Both the position numbers and the translations under genes were made by a program. Source: a virus. From it: DNA of 64,000 nucleotides. The stretch spans positions 8,428-72,427 of the IMG/VR virus record IMGVR_UViG_3300012920_000029. One strand, given 5' to 3'. The notes under the pieces were generated by a model. It searched no databases. It saw only the letters and a program-made list of their open reading frames with translations, and was not told the origin of the DNA. Below, in pieces: positions 19,971 through 29,890 of the stretch (position 1 is its first letter; every line of letters starts with the position of its first letter).

Positions 19971-20360
19971 TTGAGCTCCCAAGTTTCTGCTGATCTATAT
20001 TTTAACACAGAAGTTAATTCTTCTGGAGAGTACACTATAACTATGGAAATAGTTAATCCTAACGAAGTACAAAAAGAACTATTCGTAGTTACTAGAAAAG
20101 ATCCAATGAGTAAAGAGGCTAGTTTCAGAAGAGTCGCTTCTGTAAACGATCTTTTGAACCTAAAAAAAACAGGTGTATCTGAAAGCACTACGTACCTGAC
20201 AGACCGAGTGGTTATTAAAACCAACAGCCTAGCTTTAGTCAAGGATTATAGAGAGAATATACCTAAAGTTTTGCAAGACCTAATTGATGACATTGGTAAT
20301 AATGCTCTTACTCTTATAGGTAAAGAAGAAACTATACCTGTGGAGTTTTCAAATGAGTAG
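19971..20360 (+). CDS. Hypothetical structural-module protein
   Basis: 129 aa; FRRVASVNDL motif echoed in 21069..22115 (FDHYATIADL). Start uncertain. Confidence 0.5.
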   Translation: MSSQVSADLYFNTEVNSSGEYTITMEIVNPNEVQKELFVVTRKDPMSKEASFRRVASVNDLLNLKKTGVSESTTYLTDRVVIKTNSLALVKDYRENIPKVLQDLIDDIGNNALTLIGKEETIPVEFSNE

Positions 20361-21072
20361 TTCTTATAACATAACAAAGTCTGTAGTTTTTACTGAGATT
20401 AGCAGCGACAATTTCTATTGGACGCTTACGTACACTATAAACTCTAGTGACAATATATCGGATAAACCTTTCTTGATAGAGGCTTTTTTGGACTCTAATG
20501 TAGAGGTTTCCGATTCCTCCGTAGAGGAGAGATTTATAAGAACCCTTCTAAATTCTGAAATTGGCGGATACCCGCCTAAATCAGATGTAACCACTTCATC
20601 TATAGCAAGGTGGGTAACTTATAGAGCTAACACGTTTACTAATAAGTTTTATACGTATAAAGCTCTACAAGCGGCACTTAATTCTTTAGAAGCTATTTTA
20701 AGGTCTAATACAGGATCATACTCCCCAGAAGATGTAAAACCTTTTAAAGCAGCTATAAAGAATATTACCTATAATAGCCTAGGTAAGGACTCCTACGATA
20801 GAACTAAGCTTTATGAAGGAGATACTGTAGCTATCAGCTTTTCTGGAGGTAGTGGGGAAGTATCTATAACCTGTGAAGAAGTAAATCTATTAAGTTTACA
20901 ACCTAATACACACCCTAAAGCAAATTCACGCTTATACAGAATACCTGTAGTTAACACAGCTACAGTTTCAAATATAGTGGTTACTGACAGCAATTTAAAT
21001 TCTGTTATAACTTTCCCTATAAGTATTTTGAAGCCCGATACCTACGGCTCTACAACTGAGGATATACGATGA
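20353..21072 (+). CDS. Hypothetical protein
   Basis: 239 aa ORF overlapping its neighbours in the operon. Confidence 0.55.
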   Translation: MSSSYNITKSVVFTEISSDNFYWTLTYTINSSDNISDKPFLIEAFLDSNVEVSDSSVEERFIRTLLNSEIGGYPPKSDVTTSSIARWVTYRANTFTNKFYTYKALQAALNSLEAILRSNTGSYSPEDVKPFKAAIKNITYNSLGKDSYDRTKLYEGDTVAISFSGGSGEVSITCEEVNLLSLQPNTHPKANSRLYRIPVVNTATVSNIVVTDSNLNSVITFPISILKPDTYGSTTEDIR

Positions 21073-22115
21073 GTACTACAAAACCTATTTACATAACCCA
21101 AGCTAGAGGAGGTATAATCGATTCAGAATCTCCTGCAGGCATATCTTACCAAGTAAGAACTGTAGTTCATAAAAACGAAGAGTATACCGGCGATAAAATA
21201 GATAAAAGCTACTTGTTGAATCTTTTTGTAGTTAACATTGTAGATTCTACAGACCCGGATAAAGATACTTTTGATCACTATGCCACTATAGCTGATTTAG
21301 ATTTAATACCTCCCGCTAGAGATCAAGCTCTAACACGAAACTTAACTCAGTATCGAGACAATGTAAACCTAGTGACCTTTGATAATTTAAGTGTAGCTAC
21401 TACTGCTGCCCAAGTAATTAGAGATACGCTGAATAACTTAGTAAGTACTTACTTACGTGTAAAATCAGAATTTACTGGATCTTCTACACATTTTTTCCCT
21501 TATAATGTAGAAATAGCAACTTTGAGAACAGAGTACATAGATGCTTACACTACTGCTAGAGATGCTAGAGAAGTTGCTGAGCAATCCCAAAATACTTCGC
21601 AAGAAGAGTACGCTGCTGCTCAGAAAGAAAACAGCACGCTCTTAGACGCTAAGACTAAGTTATGCGAGTTGTACGAGTACACCTCTAAATTACAAACCTT
21701 GTCGTCAGTAGTGCCTACTAAATACAAGGAAACTTTAAAAGGGCTTATTGATGAATTTAAAGAAGATACCGATGATTATAATACAGCTTATGATACTGCA
21801 ATAAATGCTTTTGAGAGTTATATAGATGACGCATCTAACTATGTATTCGACTCTAACTGGGCCAACACTATAACTGCAGCTAACGCGGGCACGGGGCTAT
21901 CTTTAATAGGGCTTATTATACAGACCAACGCGTTAGCACAGACTTACTGTGCCAATTATACTAGTCAAGTAACAGCCTCGGACCTAAATAAAAGCGCTGC
22001 CCTTGAGGATCTGAATGAGAAGCAAACTTCCAAAGAAGCCGCTTCTGCAATCGAGCAGGACGCTTTAGCTACACTTTCTACTTACTGCCCTAATCTCGAT
22101 CCCTCAAGTTTGTAA
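21069..22115 (+). CDS. Hypothetical protein with C-terminal coiled coil
   Basis: 348 aa, ATGA coupling. Confidence 0.55.
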   Translation: MSTTKPIYITQARGGIIDSESPAGISYQVRTVVHKNEEYTGDKIDKSYLLNLFVVNIVDSTDPDKDTFDHYATIADLDLIPPARDQALTRNLTQYRDNVNLVTFDNLSVATTAAQVIRDTLNNLVSTYLRVKSEFTGSSTHFFPYNVEIATLRTEYIDAYTTARDAREVAEQSQNTSQEEYAAAQKENSTLLDAKTKLCELYEYTSKLQTLSSVVPTKYKETLKGLIDEFKEDTDDYNTAYDTAINAFESYIDDASNYVFDSNWANTITAANAGTGLSLIGLIIQTNALAQTYCANYTSQVTASDLNKSAALEDLNEKQTSKEAASAIEQDALATLSTYCPNLDPSSL

Positions 22116-24405
22116 GCAACTTTAGGTAAGCATCAAGTCTAGTGATAGTGCCTAGTATATAGTACCTAGTTTTATGAGGCACTTCTGCGTCTAATAAACC
22201 GTGTAACATAGTCTCTAAGGTAGACACTAGTTTTATAGCTGTACCATACTCTTCTAGAATCTCACAAACTCTAAGAAACATACGAATCTTAATATTAATC
22301 GTCGAAGAATCGCTTTTTTTGCCGGTAATAGGATCAGTATTAATACTTATCCTAAGAGTATCAGTTATGTAGCTAAATAGTTTTAGGTGTTTAGGTACGT
22401 TAGAACTGCTAAACACACTAAGCCCATTCATTGTTTCTTTCAAACCACTTCCAAGATTTAGTATTTTGAATATTTCACTCGTATGGTCCCCGGCTCTTAA
22501 TACTACCTCTATTTGATCAAAATTAGTTAGCCACGCAGATTCCCCCTCTTTTTGAAGGCGTAGTACCGAATCATGCAGTAGCCTTAGGCCTCTTAAGTAC
22601 AGCTCGTAGATTGATGTTTGTATGGTGGGATTACTACTACAAGTAATCTTAGTATCTGGCCACAATAACTCTAGTCTGCTAGAATGATTAAGATAACCAT
22701 TACCGCCGTCAGATAGATCTTTCACAGCCAACTGCCAGGCTGCTCTATCTAAGCTGTTTACATACAAGGTAGTGGAATTTATATTACTAATACTGTTGAA
22801 TATATTAGCATGAAACTTAGGTTTTGTAGCCATAAATAGCGAATCGAATAATTGCCTAAAGCTACTAGTATGGCGTAACCCATACTCGTCTAGATGTTGT
22901 ATCCTATACCAAAAAGACTCATTTAGAATGTGATATAGTCCAGTAGCTATAAACTTTCTGAACCTTACTAGATTAATATCCTCACATACTCTCATGTAGT
23001 GATAAAATAACTTAGCCGATTGCGTACGTTTAGGGTATTCAGAAGCGGTAGGAAATTTTAAGCAATCTCTACTAACCTTATATAACCAAGTAGAAGCGCT
23101 ACTTATATAACTAGACATCTTATCCCTAGTGTACTTTAAACGCATCGACTTAGATTCTTCTACTAAGGCTTCTATTGTACCAATACCAGTAGCGTTTATA
23201 CGTAGGTCTTTATTAACAGTTTTAAATAGTTGATGGTATAGAACTTCTCCATCATTAATAATAACTTTATTGGTTTTAGTATTAACTCTAACTGTAGGGA
23301 ACATGTTTCCTATAGTGCTTGCATACCAGGACTTAACCCATATACCCCCTTTTTGATCAGAATAGTCTTCTAGTCTATAAGGAGAAAAAACATAGTTCTC
23401 AGACTCTTCTAATCGGTTGTACTCTTCACCAAAAATATTAGTAGCTACTCCCTTAGACCAATCTAAGAATCTAAATAAGGTATACATATCATAAGGACAC
23501 ATAGTTCTACCATCATCACTTATAAGGATAGACCTGTATATCCAAGACCGATACATACTCTGTTTATGATAACTATCACGCAGCTCATTCTCGATTACTG
23601 GAGTTCCATTAATTTTGTAACCCAGTACATTATCAAATTTAACGATAGGTATCCACCATTCTAACTTACTATTCATAAGATGGTACATAGCATCTACTAC
23701 TACAGCGTAGCAAGACCGTTCTAAAGCACCTTGATATTCGTTACAGAACCTAATAGCAAGATACTCATCTAGAGTAGCGCACTCAAGAACTATGAAAGGC
23801 AAAGGAGCATCTATTGTAGCTTCATCATAGAGTATACCAAACATATCCCCTACTAGCCTTCGTACTCCTTGCATACCGGGTCCTAGTAGATTAGACCAGG
23901 TGTCAGAAGCGTTCTCACCAATAACATAGCAGTTAAGGGCTGCAGGGTTATTAGTCAGTATACTAAATATCTTCAACTGTTCATTAGTTATATTAGAAGG
24001 TATCTTAGTTTTAAGATTTAGGAATAAATTACCTATACTCGAAATACCTCGTTTTCTAAATGTAGAATACTTATCATACGTGGATTTTAACCTAAGGTAC
24101 TTAGAGCTCTTTGGATCTGGCTCTAAAAGCTCTCGAAGATTTTTAAATACGGGAAAGTATTGGTTAATATTAGTAATAGTATACTCTTCAAAGGATACGT
24201 GCCTATATAGGTTCGTATTGTTTGAATTTAGGCATTCCTCAAAAGAAGCTGATCCCGCAGGATTTAGACAATTTAGAGGACTGTCTAAGGTAATAACTAG
24301 TAGACTAGAATACTCTTCATAAGCTTCTACTGACTTAATAGCACCTTCAGAATCTAAGCCTAAAGCTATAACACAATCTTCTAGGTAGTTTATATCTAGC
24401 TGCAT
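22090..24405 (-). CDS. Hypothetical protein (last gene of the RT operon)
   Basis: 771 aa, coupled to the upstream gene; no recognisable motif. Confidence 0.6.
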   Translation of the reverse strand: MQLDINYLEDCVIALGLDSEGAIKSVEAYEEYSSLLVITLDSPLNCLNPAGSASFEECLNSNNTNLYRHVSFEEYTITNINQYFPVFKNLRELLEPDPKSSKYLRLKSTYDKYSTFRKRGISSIGNLFLNLKTKIPSNITNEQLKIFSILTNNPAALNCYVIGENASDTWSNLLGPGMQGVRRLVGDMFGILYDEATIDAPLPFIVLECATLDEYLAIRFCNEYQGALERSCYAVVVDAMYHLMNSKLEWWIPIVKFDNVLGYKINGTPVIENELRDSYHKQSMYRSWIYRSILISDDGRTMCPYDMYTLFRFLDWSKGVATNIFGEEYNRLEESENYVFSPYRLEDYSDQKGGIWVKSWYASTIGNMFPTVRVNTKTNKVIINDGEVLYHQLFKTVNKDLRINATGIGTIEALVEESKSMRLKYTRDKMSSYISSASTWLYKVSRDCLKFPTASEYPKRTQSAKLFYHYMRVCEDINLVRFRKFIATGLYHILNESFWYRIQHLDEYGLRHTSSFRQLFDSLFMATKPKFHANIFNSISNINSTTLYVNSLDRAAWQLAVKDLSDGGNGYLNHSSRLELLWPDTKITCSSNPTIQTSIYELYLRGLRLLHDSVLRLQKEGESAWLTNFDQIEVVLRAGDHTSEIFKILNLGSGLKETMNGLSVFSSSNVPKHLKLFSYITDTLRISINTDPITGKKSDSSTINIKIRMFLRVCEILEEYGTAIKLVSTLETMLHGLLDAEVPHKTRYYILGTITRLDAYLKLLTNLRDRD

Positions 24406-24653
24406 TATTTAAGCCTACGACGAGTGTTACCCGCTACCTTAGTAACGCTAAATAACTCTAGAAGTTCTTTGCTAGTTAGCTGTACAGGTATCTGTAAAGC
24501 AAGTAGTTCTTGAGGCACATCCTCTTTACCTACTAACAACACCCCCTCTATGTTAACTAGTCCTGTAGTTTCATGTAGAGATAGATCCATATTAGTAATC
24601 TCTACTTTAGCATGTGGGAGTTTAGTAGCTAGTTGAGACAATTTCATTTTCAT
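24405..24653 (-). CDS. Hypothetical protein
   Basis: 82 aa with GGAG RBS. Confidence 0.55.
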   Translation of the reverse strand: MKMKLSQLATKLPHAKVEITNMDLSLHETTGLVNIEGVLLVGKEDVPQELLALQIPVQLTSKELLELFSVTKVAGNTRRRLK

Positions 24654-24655
24654 AG

Positions 24656-26638
24656 TTACTCCATTTGAGTATGAATATCGATAGAGAAAGCATCTAATAC
24701 TACTGACCTAGGCCAGGATACTGTAGATACTTTCTCTACAAAATCGTTTATGTAGTCAGTTAGTAGATCTACAGTGGTAGTAGATTTAGCTAACTCTTTT
24801 AGAGAGGTATTAGTAGGCATATGCACAGTGTGATTATATCCAGGTAAAAGATATTTACATACCCCAAAACTACCTTTAGCTCCATAATAGCGAGGCTTAG
24901 TGATGTCTACAAAAGCTTTCATTAGGTATAATACTCTAATAGACCAGTCATTCAACCAAGTATTAGCATAAACCCTAGAGCGAGGCATATCACCAAAAGT
25001 AGTGATAAACTCTTCAGCTGTAATGGATACATACCAAGCAGTCTCAGATGAACTAAATTCTCTTTTACCACAACTAGCTCGATAGTCGTGTGTAGGTAGT
25101 AAAATTGACCACTCAGAGGTCTCTGTATTAGAGAATCTTTCTAACCCCGCTATTCCTGTATGTACTCTAGAGCTCATATTTGATATGAACTTTGCTTTAC
25201 TTTCTCTACCCCAACTATTCATAACTGAAGAGCATAGTTCGGAGGACATCTCATACTCTACAAAGGTTGTCATAGAAGTAGGCAATATTATAGCTCCATA
25301 GAAGAACCTATCGTTAGCTTTAATAATTCCCATAGCTTCTTTAACTTTAGGAGTTAGTTCTACTTGGCTAAATTCTTGGTACACGTTACAGGTAAATCTA
25401 TTAGGGCTGATATTCTCAGTAGCATCAAGAATAAAAAGCTTAGCCGCTATTCTAATTAAAGTAGATTCTAAACCCGAAGTTTCTTTAGTAGTAGCACCCT
25501 TACAGTTTTTAGATACATTGGTATAACTATGTAGATATGCTTTGTTTAGCTGAAGAGATTCGCAACTAGGTCTTAGAATACATTTAGAACACTCTTCCTC
25601 CTTAAACTTTTTTACCTCAGCCCTTCTAGATTGGTAATCTAAGTAAATACGTATTCCTTTATTTACATAGTTTGTTCCTACGTACCCACCAGAGGACTTT
25701 GAACCTTGTACGCTTAGAAGTAATTGCTCTGTACTTCTGAATGCGCCGAATGATGCTGGGGAGCTTCTTCTTAAAAGCCTAAAGGAATTATCCATAATAA
25801 CTCTATGTGCAGCCATAGGAGCGTAAGTCAGGGCTGTGGAAGAAGCTATTTTCTTAGCAGCTTTTTTAATTTTAGCTTGGTTTAATCTAAAACCATAATC
25901 TACTTGATTATCTGTTAGTAAAGGTACACAGTTATGACTATTAGAGCAGCTTAAGCATCCAGCCATATACAGACTGCCCAATTCATCGCATTCATCTGAA
26001 AACTCGGATAGCAAATTTACTCGTTGAAGGGAGTCTTCGAGTTTGTAGTATAAATAGAGATCCTTAGTTAACTTGTTATAAAAGTTCAGCATAAGACTTT
26101 CGGGTAAGAAAGGGCTTATTAAGGTAAAATCGCAAAAAATATCTTCTCTCAAGTTTCTTAAGAAAACCGATAACTTTTGAGAACTTTCTAAGTCAGCTTC
26201 TAGTTCGTCCGGATCCTTATCAAAGAATTTATTTAAGGTAAACTCACCTTTGAAAAAATCTACACCTTTATTCCTCATAGACCAGTGATCAATGTCCATT
26301 TTTGACCCTATAGAGCCCATTAGCAACTTAGAATATATTGCGTAAGTAGGGCCATCTAGTACGTAAACTTCCGACCAATCTTCTAAGACCGATTCAACTA
26401 CCTCTTCTATTATCGGGGTATCCTTAGAAGTAATCATTAAGCAATTAGAATTAGAACCCCCTGTCAGGTAGGTTTGTCCTCTACCAGACCAGGAAACACG
26501 TTCTTTCTTTCTAATAGAGTCAACCCAACTAGTAGGGCTGGATCTAAATTCTGTCCATATAGGTTGTGAGAAGGTAGAGTGCAAATAATGTGTGGGTTCA
26601 CTTAATCTAGTAGGCATTACGTAAATAGATTTATCCAT
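24656..26638 (-). CDS. Cys-cluster hypothetical protein, coupled to the RT (candidate partner)
   Basis: 660 aa; start overlaps the RT stop; two CxxCx5C motifs (CLSCSNSHNC, CSKCILRPSC). Confidence 0.6.
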   Translation of the reverse strand: MDKSIYVMPTRLSEPTHYLHSTFSQPIWTEFRSSPTSWVDSIRKKERVSWSGRGQTYLTGGSNSNCLMITSKDTPIIEEVVESVLEDWSEVYVLDGPTYAIYSKLLMGSIGSKMDIDHWSMRNKGVDFFKGEFTLNKFFDKDPDELEADLESSQKLSVFLRNLREDIFCDFTLISPFLPESLMLNFYNKLTKDLYLYYKLEDSLQRVNLLSEFSDECDELGSLYMAGCLSCSNSHNCVPLLTDNQVDYGFRLNQAKIKKAAKKIASSTALTYAPMAAHRVIMDNSFRLLRRSSPASFGAFRSTEQLLLSVQGSKSSGGYVGTNYVNKGIRIYLDYQSRRAEVKKFKEEECSKCILRPSCESLQLNKAYLHSYTNVSKNCKGATTKETSGLESTLIRIAAKLFILDATENISPNRFTCNVYQEFSQVELTPKVKEAMGIIKANDRFFYGAIILPTSMTTFVEYEMSSELCSSVMNSWGRESKAKFISNMSSRVHTGIAGLERFSNTETSEWSILLPTHDYRASCGKREFSSSETAWYVSITAEEFITTFGDMPRSRVYANTWLNDWSIRVLYLMKAFVDITKPRYYGAKGSFGVCKYLLPGYNHTVHMPTNTSLKELAKSTTTVDLLTDYINDFVEKVSTVSWPRSVVLDAFSIDIHTQME

Positions 26639-27614
26639 AAATTTCCTTAAGTTTTTCTAAGTAAGTGGTCACTAGAGTAGCTCTAGCGCTAGCAAGGTAG
26701 GGTTTCCAGTAGTTAACTCTACCTTCAATAGAAAGTAGTAAAGAAGTGTCTTCTTCTACTTTAAAGTATTCTTTAGCTCTGCGCTCTTGCTCAGATCTAT
26801 CTTTGTCAGAACAGTTAGCTAAGTTATGTAATATGGCTTTTAGACGTAACCATTTCTTTTTAGGAATGTTAGGCTTCGTGTTACAAGTAAATCCCAGAGC
26901 TTTTTGATTTCTGTAGTAGGGAAGTATCTTTTTCTTGTGACACCTCCACCCTAGCGTTGAAGCTATAACATCTAGTTTAGAAAGTACTTCTTTACCGTTT
27001 ACTTTGTTAGTGGTAAATCCTAAGTATAGGTTATCACTATATCTAGTGTATTCGGCGTTTGGAAATTCTTTAATTACCAAAGGGTCTAGTAAGAATTCGC
27101 AGACTCGATTACTCAGAAGCGGACTTACTACCGACCCCTGGGGTAAAAAACTTTTGCCCGCTGCATTTTTTACACAACAAAGCCTAGCTATTATGTAGGC
27201 TACTCTATCTGAAAACCCATGGTGTATCAGCATAGCTTTTACTTGCTTTAGTTTAATACTGTGGAAGTGGTTAACAAAATCTGCAGTGACTAGTAGAGGA
27301 TGTCGAGATAGTCTTTCTGCAGCCACTTCAATACCCACCCCTTGTTCATAAGCAAACGAAAACCCATTAGCAGGTAGCACTTCCTCTAGGTACTCTTTTA
27401 AACCTTTATGTACTTTTTTAAGCGCAGGGGATACTTTGTACACTTGCCTAATCTTCCTACCTTTAGGTATACGAATAGGTGTAAAATGGCTAGTATAGTG
27501 CTCTGGTTCGTAGTTACATTTACTTAGCCATATTAGTATTTTATACTCAATGTTTAGTCTATTAGCCAATAATCTAGGAGTTATCATATCCAACACCTTT
27601 CTGACAAAGGGCAC
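26631..27614 (-). CDS. Retron-type reverse transcriptase with variant YSDN motif
   Basis: IPKGRKIRQVY, SFAYEQG, ADFVNHFHSI, LPQGSVVSPLLSN, YTRYSDNLYL, QKALGFTCN (region Y-like); 327 aa stand-alone RT. Confidence 0.88.
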   Translation of the reverse strand: MPFVRKVLDMITPRLLANRLNIEYKILIWLSKCNYEPEHYTSHFTPIRIPKGRKIRQVYKVSPALKKVHKGLKEYLEEVLPANGFSFAYEQGVGIEVAAERLSRHPLLVTADFVNHFHSIKLKQVKAMLIHHGFSDRVAYIIARLCCVKNAAGKSFLPQGSVVSPLLSNRVCEFLLDPLVIKEFPNAEYTRYSDNLYLGFTTNKVNGKEVLSKLDVIASTLGWRCHKKKILPYYRNQKALGFTCNTKPNIPKKKWLRLKAILHNLANCSDKDRSEQERRAKEYFKVEEDTSLLLSIEGRVNYWKPYLASARATLVTTYLEKLKEIYG

Positions 27615-28245
27615 ATCCTAAGGCACACTCTTTCGATAGGTACATTAGTTGATATGCGCAAGATTCTAGCACGCTATCAAGGGAGAAGATCTTCTCATCT
27701 TCATCTAGTTCATAAGTAAGCATCTGCGTAGTTTCGCATTTGAAAAAGAAATCAAATCTAGTTCTATTATGAATAGAAGAATCTACACCAATCTCTTTCC
27801 CTGCAGGCCTCGTGGTAACGATTTCGTATGAATTACCGAAGAAACTTCCTAAAGCTTTAAAGCCATAAGGTTTCTGTACAGCTAAGGCAATATAAGTTTC
27901 AGGACACTCTAGGGGGACCTTCGCTATGTTAGCTAACTCATTTAAGAAGCTAGGTTCTTCTATCAAATAATCTAGTAACTCGTAGTAAACATTGGAATAT
28001 TTGTCTACTATAAATGAGTTACCATACTTAGGTAATTCCTCAAGCATAGCTTCCTCATTTTTAAAGAGTACAAATGAGCTCACTGTAGACCTAGTTCTAC
28101 TTCCAGGAATTATTAGCTTATATTCAGGCCTATTTATAAATTCGAAAGCTATAGCATCGCTACTTAGTTTAATAGGATTCATCACTAGCTGATTAATAGA
28201 CCTTTGTTTTACAGCAGAAGGTAGTCGCATGTAGTGTCTAGACAT
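27574..28245 (-). CDS. Hypothetical protein directly upstream of the RT
   Basis: 223 aa, overlaps both the vWA gene stop and the RT start. Confidence 0.55.
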   Translation of the reverse strand: MSRHYMRLPSAVKQRSINQLVMNPIKLSSDAIAFEFINRPEYKLIIPGSRTRSTVSSFVLFKNEEAMLEELPKYGNSFIVDKYSNVYYELLDYLIEEPSFLNELANIAKVPLECPETYIALAVQKPYGFKALGSFFGNSYEIVTTRPAGKEIGVDSSIHNRTRFDFFFKCETTQMLTYELDEDEKIFSLDSVLESCAYQLMYLSKECALGCALCQKGVGYDNS

Positions 28246-29878
28246 TCTTTAGATGTATGAACTTGCCGTAAGAAGTAGAACCATATACCTCTGTGGGCCT
28301 ATTAAAGTAACCCCAGGTATCTGCAGGAATCCTACCTACAGAGGAAATAAGCCAAAGAACTTTAGCTTCAGGAATGCGAAGTTCCTGAGGAGGCAAGGTA
28401 CACTCGCCGTCTGTAGCGTAAATAAGTAAATCTACATTTTTAGGAGGGCGCACTGTTTTAGCATGGTCGTCATACCACACCTTATCTCCGCGTACCCATT
28501 CGAATACAGGATTGAAAGATGTTCCTCCGCGGCCACGTAAATCCCTATCTATCTCTGAAGCTTTGCTCATCTCATAGATTTTAACTATGCGAGTATCGCA
28601 CTCTACTACAGTAACTTCTATCCCTGGGTTAGAACGCATAATACCTTCTAACTCAGCAAATATTTCCTGTACTTCACTATTGGAAACACTACCGCTGGTA
28701 TCGATTGCGAAAACAATAGAGTACGTAGGATTTTTAATACGACCCGGAAAAGGAGACGTTCTAAAACCTTTAATTCTGGTGTAGTTACGCTTAGGTCTAC
28801 TCATGCTGCGTTTACGTAGATTAGGGTTAGCACTGGTAGTGTACCTCTTTAGTACATCACGCCAGTTAACCTCAGGATCCTTAGTTAGTTCGTCAACCCA
28901 CGCTTTAATATTCCCTCCTACAGCACCCCTGCTTTTCTCATTTAAGTTACTAGAAGCATTTACCATAGCTCTTTTAAACTTACGATTTAGGGCCTCTGTA
29001 ATTTCGTCAATAGATTTTTCAGAGTCACCAATAGCTGTATCTAGATCAGAGATAATTTGATCCTCCGAAAGACCTGCACTACCCAAAAGCTCTTGTAACT
29101 GTTTATTAGTCATAGCTTCTAGAGCCTTACTTATGTTGGTAGAACTACCTTCCGTAGAGCTTCCCTCAGCGTTATCAGAGGAAGTACCTCCGGGATAGCA
29201 ATCTTCACCCTCTCCATCACTTCCTCCTATAGGAGGAGGCTTAAGCATGGAGTTATCCCCTCCAGCTCGTTTTAGTAATTCGTGAGTGTACCACTCCATA
29301 GACTTCAGAGGAGGTAATCCTGCGTCAACAGGGTGTATACCTGCGTAGGTACCCATCGCTTCTCCTTCAAATTTTTGTTCTTCAGTAGGATTTTCTATGG
29401 GAGTCCCTACACAGCATTTTAGTTCTCTTAGTGTAAAAATCTTAAACTGATTGATTAGCCACGAATTTAATGCGTAGTCAGCGGCTACATGCATAACCGC
29501 CGCTATTTTGATTAGTTTATCTTTATCTTCTTTGTAGATATCCCTAGCTTGCAACATACGTCCATTATGGCATAAAGCTGCATGCCCTAGCTCATGGGTG
29601 ATAACAATACCAGCACCTAGTTCGTCAAGCTCTTTTACCATATCAGGAGAGTAGCGCATAACATAATGACCATTTTCTACAGCCATACTAAACGTAGGTG
29701 TATTAGGACATTTTATAATACGCATACCCGATAGGATATCTACAAAGAACGAGAACCTGCCTAGGTGAGAGTTTCTAACCATGAGCTTTGCAAGGTAGTT
29801 GTTCAAATTCTTTTCTAGTTTTATAATTTTAGGAGTATTTGATTTTTTACTCCCAATAATAGATCTTCTTCGTCGCAT
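28238..29878 (-). CDS. Metallopeptidase-like (HExxH) plus vWA domain protein (DUF2201-type)
   Basis: ITHELGHAAL, AADYALN, MIDAS motif IDTSGS, GRGGTSF, ATDG; GGAGG RBS before the ATG at 29878. Confidence 0.85.
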   Translation of the reverse strand: MRRRRSIIGSKKSNTPKIIKLEKNLNNYLAKLMVRNSHLGRFSFFVDILSGMRIIKCPNTPTFSMAVENGHYVMRYSPDMVKELDELGAGIVITHELGHAALCHNGRMLQARDIYKEDKDKLIKIAAVMHVAADYALNSWLINQFKIFTLRELKCCVGTPIENPTEEQKFEGEAMGTYAGIHPVDAGLPPLKSMEWYTHELLKRAGGDNSMLKPPPIGGSDGEGEDCYPGGTSSDNAEGSSTEGSSTNISKALEAMTNKQLQELLGSAGLSEDQIISDLDTAIGDSEKSIDEITEALNRKFKRAMVNASSNLNEKSRGAVGGNIKAWVDELTKDPEVNWRDVLKRYTTSANPNLRKRSMSRPKRNYTRIKGFRTSPFPGRIKNPTYSIVFAIDTSGSVSNSEVQEIFAELEGIMRSNPGIEVTVVECDTRIVKIYEMSKASEIDRDLRGRGGTSFNPVFEWVRGDKVWYDDHAKTVRPPKNVDLLIYATDGECTLPPQELRIPEAKVLWLISSVGRIPADTWGYFNRPTEVYGSTSYGKFIHLKNV

Positions 29879-29890
29879 AAAGGACCTCCA

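Noticed and set aside
26631-27614. Group II intron or DGR reverse transcriptase
   Set aside because: No maturase or endonuclease domain, no interrupted host gene, no TR/VR pair seen; motifs are retron-like.
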